Part shown: positions 17,685-25,518 of the stretch, piece after piece
Numbering within the stretch: position 1 is the first letter of the stretch
Layout of the letters: every line of letters starts with the position of its first letter
Assembly (NCBI GenBank): GCA_045126915.1
Contig: JBGVPH010000012.1
Location: forward strand, 9,264-73,263
DNA from: Candidatus Cryptobacteroides sp.
GTDB taxonomy: Bacteria; Bacteroidota; Bacteroidia; Bacteroidales; UBA932
DNA length: 64,000 nucleotides
Direction of reading: 5' to 3'
The notes under the pieces: generated by a model
What the model saw: the letters and a program-made list of their open reading frames with translations, nothing else
The model's database searches: none
What the model was told of the DNA's origin: nothing
Translations under genes and position numbers: made by a program

Positions 17685-18946
17685 TGTACGCTCTGGTGGA
17701 CTGCAATAACTTTTTTGTGTCGTGCGAACGTGTGTTTCAGCCTTGGCTGGAGGGACGTCCGGTTGTTGTGCTGTCCAATAATGACGGATGTGTGGTGGCC
17801 CGCAGCAATGAAAGTAAGGCTATGGGCATAAAGATGGGCACTCCGTTCTTCAAGGTGAAGCATTTTGTCGAAAACGGTGCACTGGAGGTAAGGTCTTCGA
17901 ATTATGCTCTGTACGGCGATCTGTCAGGTAGGGTTATGTCTATTTTGGCGGAAGCTGTTCCGCACATCGAGATATATTCCATCGATGAGGCTTATCTTCA
18001 TCTGGACGGCATCAGACATGAGGCAATCCCTGGACTTTGCCACGATCTTGTCGCAAGGATACGCAAATGGATCGGAATTCCTGTGAGCATAGGCGTGGCT
18101 CCAACAAAAACTCTAGCGAAGATTGCCAGTCATTTTGCCAAAACCTATCCTGGTTATAGGGGTGTGTGCATGATGGATTCCGATGCAAAGAGGCTTAAGG
18201 CGCTTGAACTCACTCCTATCGAGGACGTCTGGGGTGTGGGAAGGAAACTTGCTCCCAGAATGCAGTCCTGTGGAATCCGTACCGCTCTGGATTATGTGAA
18301 TCGTCCGAAGACCTGGGTGAATGCAAATTTCAATCTTCCTGGGGTGAGGACGTGGGAGGAACTTCACGGACACGCATGTGTTGAGGAAGAAAGAGATGAA
18401 AGAAGAAAGTCCATATGCACGTCAAGGTCTTTTGCGGAGATGATTTCGGATGAGGAAGAATTGTGCTTGCGTGTGTCTGATTTTGCGGCGAGTTGCGCAC
18501 ATAAACTGAGAGAGGAGGGCTCTGCTGCCGGTGAGGTGACAACATTTCTGTATACGAATCGTTTCCGAGAGGATATGAAGCAGTATTTTCCTTCGGCTAC
18601 CGTCAGGCTTCCTGTCGCTGCCAACAGTACTCATGAAATAGTCGGGACGGCATTGAAGGCTTTCAGGACCATATTCCGTCCTGAATATATGTATAAGAAG
18701 GCAGGAGTCATTGTCAGCGGCATTGTTCCATCGGATGCTGTCCAGTCTTCGCTGTTTGATACTGATGAGGTGCTTCGCGACAGACAGGAGAGGCTTTCCA
18801 AGGTCATGGATGTGGTCAATTCAGGTGGTAATTCATTGCTGAGACTTGCTTCGCAACGGTCCGGCCACTATGCTGACGGAATACGAAGCGAGTATCGTTC
18901 TCGTCTGTATTCCACCTCTTTAGATGATATTATAGAAGTGTATTGA
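17684..18946 (+). CDS. umuC: UmuC Y-family translesion DNA polymerase
   Basis: [50 protein letters not shown]; TAATG overlap with umuD. Confidence 0.93.
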   Translation: MYALVDCNNFFVSCERVFQPWLEGRPVVVLSNNDGCVVARSNESKAMGIKMGTPFFKVKHFVENGALEVRSSNYALYGDLSGRVMSILAEAVPHIEIYSIDEAYLHLDGIRHEAIPGLCHDLVARIRKWIGIPVSIGVAPTKTLAKIASHFAKTYPGYRGVCMMDSDAKRLKALELTPIEDVWGVGRKLAPRMQSCGIRTALDYVNRPKTWVNANFNLPGVRTWEELHGHACVEEERDERRKSICTSRSFAEMISDEEELCLRVSDFAASCAHKLREEGSAAGEVTTFLYTNRFREDMKQYFPSATVRLPVAANSTHEIVGTALKAFRTIFRPEYMYKKAGVIVSGIVPSDAVQSSLFDTDEVLRDRQERLSKVMDVVNSGGNSLLRLASQRSGHYADGIRSEYRSRLYSTSLDDIIEVY

Positions 18947-19021
18947 TTGCTCATTCGTGAAAAAGTTCTATATTTGTCGGATGTGGAGATAGGAACAAAT
19001 GATTATAAACCTATATAAATT

Positions 19022-20362
19022 ATGCTTAAAGTAAATTTGGGAGGCTGCAACTCCTTTGTAAATGATGCAGAATACAAGGCTTATGTAGAGAAGGCGTTCG
19101 CTGCTTTTGATGTTCTTGAGAATGAGACAGGAGCAGGTAATGACTTCCTTGGTTGGAAGAATCTTCCTTCACAGACTCTTGCCGGTACTCTTGTTGACGA
19201 GTGCGAGGCTGTAAGAGACGCTTGGGCTGCTAAGAACGTGGACCTCGTTATCGTAATCGGTATCGGTGGTTCTTATCTTGGTTCAAAGTGCGCGATCGAG
19301 GCTCTTTCACATCAGTTTGCACGTCAGCTCAAGACTAAGGCTGAGGCACCTGAGGTGGTGTTCGCAGGTCAGAATCTTTCAGAGGAGTATATGTGCGAGC
19401 TTATGGACCTCGTTCAGGAGAGAAATGCGGCATGTGTAGTAATCTCAAAGTCAGGTACTACCACTGAGCCAGCTGTTGCATTCCGTCTTATCAAGAAATA
19501 TCTTGAGGATACTTACGGAAAGGCAGAGGCAGCTGAGCGTATCGTTGCAGTTACAGACAAGGCACGCGGTGCTCTCAAGTCACTCTCGACTCAGGAAGGT
19601 TACAAGACATTCGTGATCGAGGATAACGTAGGCGGTCGTTTCTCTGTCCTCACTCCTGTAGGTCTTCTTCCTATCGTTCTTGCAGGCTATGATGTAAGAG
19701 AGATGCTTAAGGGTGCTCTCGAGATGGAGGAGGCATGTGCTAAGAGATGCGAGTGCAATCCTGCAGTTCAGTATGCAGCAATGCGTAACCTTCTTTATGA
19801 TAACGGAAAGAAGATCGAGATCCTCGTGGCTTACAATCCTAAGCTTACGTTCCTCGGCGAGTGGTGGAAGCAGCTCTACGGTGAGTCAGAAGGTAAGGAT
19901 GGAAAGGGTATTTTCCCTGCATCAGTGAATTTCACTACAGACCTTCACTCAATGGGTCAGTACATTCAGGATGGTGAGCGTCACCTTATGGAGACTGTTG
20001 TAAGCGTTGAGAAGAGCAATCGTTCAATGCTCATCGAGAACGATCCTCAGAACCTTGACGGTCTTAACTTCCTCACCGGAAAGCATGTTGAAGAGTGTAA
20101 CCTTATGGCAGAACTCGGAACCAAGCTTGCTCACATCGATGGCGGTGTACCTCAGATCGCTGTTTCAATCGAGCGCATCAATGAGTACAACATCGGAGCT
20201 CTCTTCTATTTCTTTGAGAAGGCTTGCGGTATCAGCGGATATATGCTTGATGTGAATCCATTCAATCAGCCGGGTGTCGAGGCTTATAAGAAGAATATGT
20301 TCGCTCTTCTCGGTAAGCCAGGTTATGAGGAGCAGGCAGCTGCCCTTCAGGCTCGTCTCTAA
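19022..20362 (+). CDS. pgi: glucose-6-phosphate isomerase
   Basis: IGIGGSYLG, ISKSGTTTE, VGGRFSVLT, QLYGESEGK, NPFNQPGVEAYK. Confidence 0.97.
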   Translation: MLKVNLGGCNSFVNDAEYKAYVEKAFAAFDVLENETGAGNDFLGWKNLPSQTLAGTLVDECEAVRDAWAAKNVDLVIVIGIGGSYLGSKCAIEALSHQFARQLKTKAEAPEVVFAGQNLSEEYMCELMDLVQERNAACVVISKSGTTTEPAVAFRLIKKYLEDTYGKAEAAERIVAVTDKARGALKSLSTQEGYKTFVIEDNVGGRFSVLTPVGLLPIVLAGYDVREMLKGALEMEEACAKRCECNPAVQYAAMRNLLYDNGKKIEILVAYNPKLTFLGEWWKQLYGESEGKDGKGIFPASVNFTTDLHSMGQYIQDGERHLMETVVSVEKSNRSMLIENDPQNLDGLNFLTGKHVEECNLMAELGTKLAHIDGGVPQIAVSIERINEYNIGALFYFFEKACGISGYMLDVNPFNQPGVEAYKKNMFALLGKPGYEEQAAALQARL

Positions 20363-20386
20363 GATTACCGACGGCGTATAATAACG

Positions 20387-20415
20387 AGGTGTGGAAAGAG
20401 TTTCTTTCCACACCT
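20387..20415. terminator. bidirectional terminator between pgi and hsp20
   Basis: 13-bp stem aggtgtggaaaga/tctttccacacct between convergent genes. Confidence 0.75.
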
Positions 20416-20429
20416 TTGTCTTTTGGAGA

Positions 20430-20894
20430 TTAACGGATTTCGATTTCGCGTTTCTCCTCCTCTGTCTTTGGCTTCAGCATCTTAGGAATGCATACGTGAA
20501 GGACTCCGTTTTCAGCCTTCGCATGAATTTCATCCCTCTCAGCATTTTCTGGAAGCAGGAGAGTCTGACGGAATTTCGTGTATGAAAACTCTCGACGAAT
20601 GTAGCGTCTGTTCTTTCCTTCCTTGCATTCCTTGCCGTCGCAACACTCAGGCTTCTCCTCCTTTTCTTTCTTCTCCATCTCGATCACAAGGTTTCCGTCC
20701 CTGTTAACGTGTACTTTGAAGTCGTCTTTTGATAAGCCTGGAGCTGCCAGTTCGAGACAGTATTTTTCGTCATCCTCGATGACGTTGATTGCAGGTGCTT
20801 TAAGCGCTCTACCGTCAATGTTTACATTATCAAACAGATCGCCGAAGAAATCCGGCATAAAGTTCTGTCCGAAAAATTTTCTTGCAGGTAACAT
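20430..20894 (-). CDS. Hsp20/alpha-crystallin small heat-shock protein
   Basis: PAINVIE, LELAAPGLSKDDF, RREFSY..F...LLLPEN, A..ENGVL.V.IPK. Confidence 0.92.
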   Translation of the reverse strand: MLPARKFFGQNFMPDFFGDLFDNVNIDGRALKAPAINVIEDDEKYCLELAAPGLSKDDFKVHVNRDGNLVIEMEKKEKEEKPECCDGKECKEGKNRRYIRREFSYTKFRQTLLLPENAERDEIHAKAENGVLHVCIPKMLKPKTEEEKREIEIR

Positions 20895-20932
20895 ATTCTT
20901 TACTCCTATAATTTATTTGTTTATATATCTTG

Positions 20933-21041
20933 TCCGATTCAGATTCCCGATCAGGTCGGGAATGACCTCTGGCACAGTGCCTGGGTCAGCTGTTTGTGAC
21001 TCTCCGTCATTGCCGGCACCGACCGGTAATCTTGAATCGGA
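20933..21041. repeat. inverted REP doublet (REPIN-like)
   Basis: copy at 20942-20966 and inverted variant gtcattgccggcaccgaccggtaatc at 21006-21031; flanks tccgattc/gaatcgga also complementary. Confidence 0.75.
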
Positions 21042-21128
21042 TTCCGAGACGGTAAATATCAACATCCAGACCATCCGAAGTATCTTGAAAATAATTATCT
21101 TTGCATGTTGTAACAAATTCATAAAACT

Positions 21129-22340
21129 ATGGAAAAGAAATTATATCCTTTGAAGTTTGTTCCAATCCCGTCAAGAAGACCATGGGGTGGAAGTGCACTT
21201 GTCAAAGATCTAGGAAAGCATTTCGTAGAGTGTGATGAGGATGGAAATGAAACAGTCCTCGGCGAGGATGTTCTCATCGGTGAGAGCTGGGAGCTTGCAG
21301 ATATGGGCATTGAGGACTCTGTGGTGGAGAACGGATGGCTTGCCGGCAACACAATCAGCGAGCTTATGGAGACATATCTTGAGAGGATAGTCGGTGAGAA
21401 TGTGTACAACTATTACGGAAGACAGTTCCCTCTGCTCATCAAGTTCCTTGACATCAATGAGAAACTTTCAGTACAGGTGCATCCTGACGATGAGGTAGGA
21501 GCTGAGAGATATGATTCTCTTGGAAAGACAGAGATATGGTATGTCATGGATGCGAAACCGGGTGCCAAGGTATATGCCGGTTTCAATCGTCAGGTTTCAG
21601 CTCAGGAATTCTATGACAGGTGTCACAATGGTACTGTCGAGGAAGTGATGAATGTCATCTATCCTAAGGCCGGTGATGCAATCTTCATAACTCCAGGTAC
21701 TGTGCACGCAGCTGATGGAGGAATCCTCATCGCTGAGATTCAGGAGTCTTCAGACATGACATTCCGTCTATACGACTGGGGCAGGGAATTCAATCCGGCA
21801 ACTGCGCGTAAGCTTCATCTTGAGGAAGCAATCGATCTTATCGATTATAATGCCTTCGATCAGGGACTTTACAGAAAGGGACCTCTCTGGGGAGAGGAAG
21901 CTTCGACTCATCCTTGCCACAAAGGCGAGTGCGAATGCGGTGGGCATGGCCATGATGAGGACGGTAAGGTCGTGGAGACACTTGTGGAGTGTCCTCAGTT
22001 CAATGTTTCGAAACTTAAGCTTGCAGATCCTCTTCATATATACACAGAAAAGTTTGAAAGCTTCATCATATACATATGTATAGAGGGTGCAGCATCGATT
22101 CAGGTTCCTTCATTCAATGCCAAGGGTGAGGAATGCATGGAAAGTTATGAATTCTCTAAGGGTGAGACAATCCTCGTACCGGCAGAGATGCCAGATTTCT
22201 ATCTTGTGCCTCGCGACAGATCGACTGTACTCCTTGAGGCAGTGACTCGTCCAGAGGAGATTATGGATGAATACATCGATCCTGAAACAGAGGCTTTTCT
22301 CGAGGATGAGGACTATGAGGGCCTTGAGGACGAAATGTAG
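21129..22340 (+). CDS. manA: class I mannose-6-phosphate isomerase
   Basis: RPWGG, GESWE, FPLLIKFLD..EKLSVQVHPDD, GKTEIWY, PGTVHA, EIQESSDMTFRLYDWGR. Confidence 0.9.
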   Translation: MEKKLYPLKFVPIPSRRPWGGSALVKDLGKHFVECDEDGNETVLGEDVLIGESWELADMGIEDSVVENGWLAGNTISELMETYLERIVGENVYNYYGRQFPLLIKFLDINEKLSVQVHPDDEVGAERYDSLGKTEIWYVMDAKPGAKVYAGFNRQVSAQEFYDRCHNGTVEEVMNVIYPKAGDAIFITPGTVHAADGGILIAEIQESSDMTFRLYDWGREFNPATARKLHLEEAIDLIDYNAFDQGLYRKGPLWGEEASTHPCHKGECECGGHGHDEDGKVVETLVECPQFNVSKLKLADPLHIYTEKFESFIIYICIEGAASIQVPSFNAKGEECMESYEFSKGETILVPAEMPDFYLVPRDRSTVLLEAVTRPEEIMDEYIDPETEAFLEDEDYEGLEDEM

Positions 22341-22342
22341 TT

Positions 22343-22792
22343 ATGAGCGAGGTCAGAATAGATAAATATCTGTGGTCCATTCGTGTCTATAAGACAAGAA
22401 GTGAGGCGACAGATGCCTGTAAAGGCGGCAAGGTTAAGGTTAACGGTTCCGACATCAAGCCTTCCAAGGTCGTTAAAGTGGGTGATATGATAACAGCCCG
22501 CAAGGGTCCGGTTACATATACCTACAGGGTGTTGGATCTGATTGACAAGAGACAAGGACCTAAACTTGTACCCAACTATGCGGAGAATCTCACACCGGAA
22601 GAAGAAATCGCAAAGCTTAGAACACCGGTTGAGACCTTCTTCCTCAAAAGGGATAGGGGAGCAGGAAGGCCTACAAAGAAAGACCGTCGTCAGATGGATT
22701 CACTTTGGGATGAGCTCAGTTTTGATGTCCCTGATGACATCGCAGAGCGTTTCGCTTCCGACTTCGGATTTGAAGACGATTCACTGGAGTAA
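22343..22792 (+). CDS. hslR: S4-domain ribosome-associated heat shock protein Hsp15
   Basis: RIDKYLWSIRVYKTRS.A..AC..GKVKVNG; RDRGAGRPTKKDRR. Confidence 0.88.
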   Translation: MSEVRIDKYLWSIRVYKTRSEATDACKGGKVKVNGSDIKPSKVVKVGDMITARKGPVTYTYRVLDLIDKRQGPKLVPNYAENLTPEEEIAKLRTPVETFFLKRDRGAGRPTKKDRRQMDSLWDELSFDVPDDIAERFASDFGFEDDSLE

Positions 22793-22810
22793 GAATCTAT
22801 GACAAAATAA

Positions 22811-22847
22811 AGAGCACGCAGACTTCGTTGTAAGTTCTGCGTGCTCT
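22811..22847. terminator. bidirectional terminator between hslR and the rubrerythrin gene
   Basis: stem agagcacgcaga/tctgcgtgctct. Confidence 0.75.
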
Positions 22848-22866
22848 CGTTGTGTATTAGATTGGC

Positions 22867-23418
22867 CTACTTGAAATATCTGTTGAAAAGTCCCTGGAAG
22901 CCAGCACCGTGACGAGCCTCATCCTTACACATCTCGTGAACTGTGTCGTGGATTGCGTCGAGGTTCTGCTGTTTTGCAAGCTTAGCGATGCGGAGCTTGT
23001 CCTCACATGCGCCCTGCTCTGCAAGCATTCTCTTCTCTACGTTTGTCTTGGTGTCCCATACGCATTCTCCGAGGAGCTCTGCGAACTTTGCAGCATGCTC
23101 AGCCTCCTCCCATGCATATCTCTTGAATGCCTCAGCGATCTCAGGATAACCTTCTCTGTCTGCCTGACGGCTCATCGCAAGGTACATTCCAACCTCGCAG
23201 CACTCGCCGCTGAAATGATCTCTAAGTCCTTTAAGAATCTCTGGGTCTACGTTCTTGGCTGAACCGAGCTTGTGCTCGTCAGCCCAGGTCAGCTCTCCCT
23301 CTGTCTCTTCAAGCTCTTCAAAGTTCTCAGCACCAACGTGGCACAAAGGGCACTCCTCTGGAGCATTCTCACCTTCATGAATGTAACCGCATACCAAGCA
23401 TCTGAATTTCTTTCCCAT
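22867..23418 (-). CDS. reverse rubrerythrin / NADH peroxidase
   Basis: N-terminal rubredoxin CLVCG...CPLC followed by a ferritin-like di-iron domain (GE..E, EEAEH, DEARH). Confidence 0.88.
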   Translation of the reverse strand: MGKKFRCLVCGYIHEGENAPEECPLCHVGAENFEELEETEGELTWADEHKLGSAKNVDPEILKGLRDHFSGECCEVGMYLAMSRQADREGYPEIAEAFKRYAWEEAEHAAKFAELLGECVWDTKTNVEKRMLAEQGACEDKLRIAKLAKQQNLDAIHDTVHEMCKDEARHGAGFQGLFNRYFK

Positions 23419-23548
23419 AATGTTATCAGTTTTAAAATTGTTTATACTAAATTTGAATAATTCTAAATCGTTTCTGATGCAAAGGTAGAGATTTTTTCTT
23501 TATCTCCAAATCTTTTTGCAACTTTTTTGTAAATAATTTTGAAAAATT

Positions 23549-24430
23549 CTAAATTATTGAAGTGAGGATGTGTTCTTTTGTGACGTATCTGTCATAAAGG
23601 AATATCACCAGGTCTGTTCCAAGCAGGACGAGCAGGCCTGCGAGTCCGGGGCCTCCGATCAGCAGATCATTGAATGGAAGTACGAATATGTTGCTGAGTC
23701 CCACTACACCGTTGAAGGTTCCATGCATTACGGCAGCTACTATTACCGAACCTGATTTCTGACGGAAGTATAATAATATAGGAGTGAGCAGTATGCACAT
23801 TGCAATCATCATAAATATGCCTGCTGCAGGGTGCTGAGGGTAGTTGTGACCGTTGATGATGAGAGGAGCATGCCAAAGACCCCAGATGGCTCCGGTTATT
23901 ACAGATGTCTTGATGAATCCCTGTCCTTTGAACAGTCCTACGAGATAGCCTCTCCAACCGATTTCCTCACCAAATGCAAAGGCTGCGTTGATGGTTATTC
24001 CGGCCAGAAGTCCGCTCAGTAATGTGATGCCTATGAATCCCCATACCCCCAGATTACCCGGCATCTGCTTCATTGCAGTTGCAATCATCTCATTTTCCGG
24101 AGACCAACTTTCACCGGGCATTAGTGTTGAGACCCCCATTATGGCGAGGGCAATAACCGGAATCAGCAGGTATCCCGCAACCCACCATCTGTTTAACTTG
24201 AATGAAATGCCAAGATTTCTGAACAGAGGCTCTTTTGTGATGAATTGTGTCACGACAACAGCCACAAGCGGAATGAACATAGCCATTGCAGTAAGTCCGG
24301 AACTGATTATCGCCTTCATGCTCAGCACTCCCGGCTCGATTCCCTTGCGTAGAAAGAATTGCACACCACCAATGGCTATCATCGGCAGATAAGCTGCCAG
24401 AACGAATGTTATCAGGTTCTTTGTCTTCAT
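23549..24430 (-). CDS. CPBP (Abi/CAAX) family intramembrane metalloprotease
   Basis: GEEIGWRGYL, WGLWHAP, AVMHGTFN. Confidence 0.88.
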   Translation of the reverse strand: MKTKNLITFVLAAYLPMIAIGGVQFFLRKGIEPGVLSMKAIISSGLTAMAMFIPLVAVVVTQFITKEPLFRNLGISFKLNRWWVAGYLLIPVIALAIMGVSTLMPGESWSPENEMIATAMKQMPGNLGVWGFIGITLLSGLLAGITINAAFAFGEEIGWRGYLVGLFKGQGFIKTSVITGAIWGLWHAPLIINGHNYPQHPAAGIFMMIAMCILLTPILLYFRQKSGSVIVAAVMHGTFNGVVGLSNIFVLPFNDLLIGGPGLAGLLVLLGTDLVIFLYDRYVTKEHILTSII

Positions 24431-24521
24431 TGCATATCCATTTTCAACAAAATTAAGAATAATCCCTAAAACCAGACCAAATATTAATGATTATCTTTGC
24501 GACGTATAATTTATATTATCT

Positions 24522-25460
24522 ATGTGGCTGATACTCGCTTTTGTCTCCGCTGCTCTGCTCGGACTATATGATACTTCCAAGAAGGCATCGTTGAAGGATA
24601 ATGCTGTTCTTCCGGTGCTCTTGCTCAATACGATCTTCTCGACATTCCTAACCCTGCCTTTTCTTGTAGATTACACGATGGGTACAGGATGGTTTTCCGG
24701 AACCATTTTTGACACGGACCCTTATGACCTTGCCCTGCCGGAGGAGGTTGGACATGTAGGTAATGCTCATCTGCTGGTTGTGATCAAGGCATTTCTCGTG
24801 CTTTCGTCATGGATATTGGGATATTTCGGACTGAAGCATCTACCTCTTACACTTGTGGGACCTATCAATGCGACCCGTCCTGTGATGGTACTTGTGGGTG
24901 CTATGATAATATTCGGAGAGAGATTGAATATATATCAGTGGGTCGGTGTCCTTCTTGCAATTCTTTCAATCTGGCTGATGAGTCGTGCGGGAAAGAAGGA
25001 AAATGTTCATTTCACCAGCAACAAATGGGTATGGTGCGTGTGTGGTGCCACGTTCCTTGGAGCTGCAAGCGGACTTTATGACAAGTATATCATGACATCC
25101 TTGAATCCGATGTTCGTACAGAGCTGGTTCAATTTCTATCAGATGATCATCATGCTTCTTGTCTGCGGACTCCTCTGGTATCCAAAGAGACATCAGACCA
25201 CCCCTTTCCGTTGGAGCTGGGCTATTCCTCTGATTTCCTTGTTCATATGCATGGCTGACTTTGCGTATTATACCTCACTGAATCAGCCTGATTCGATGAT
25301 TTCTGTAGTGTCGCTTGTACGTCGCAGTTCAGTCATAGTCTCATTCACATGTGCTGCAATTCTATTCAAGGAAAAGAACCTGCGTGCCAAGGCGCTTGAC
25401 CTTGCCATCATTCTTATAGGTATGCTTTTCATCTGGATCGGAACCACACAAAATTTTTGA
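24522..25460 (+). CDS. EamA/DMT family transporter
   Basis: about 10 hydrophobic segments; GLKHLPLT...PINATRP; YDKY; internal duplication. Confidence 0.82.
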   Translation: MWLILAFVSAALLGLYDTSKKASLKDNAVLPVLLLNTIFSTFLTLPFLVDYTMGTGWFSGTIFDTDPYDLALPEEVGHVGNAHLLVVIKAFLVLSSWILGYFGLKHLPLTLVGPINATRPVMVLVGAMIIFGERLNIYQWVGVLLAILSIWLMSRAGKKENVHFTSNKWVWCVCGATFLGAASGLYDKYIMTSLNPMFVQSWFNFYQMIIMLLVCGLLWYPKRHQTTPFRWSWAIPLISLFICMADFAYYTSLNQPDSMISVVSLVRRSSVIVSFTCAAILFKEKNLRAKALDLAIILIGMLFIWIGTTQNF

Positions 25461-25518
25461 GATTGTGCTGCGATTTGGCAATTAGTATTCCTATCTTTGC
25501 GTGTGAAGACAGAAGATT

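Noticed and set aside
16311-18946. Prophage or ICE around umuDC
   Set aside because: No integrase, att-like direct repeats, or structural/conjugation genes; the flanks are purC and pgi
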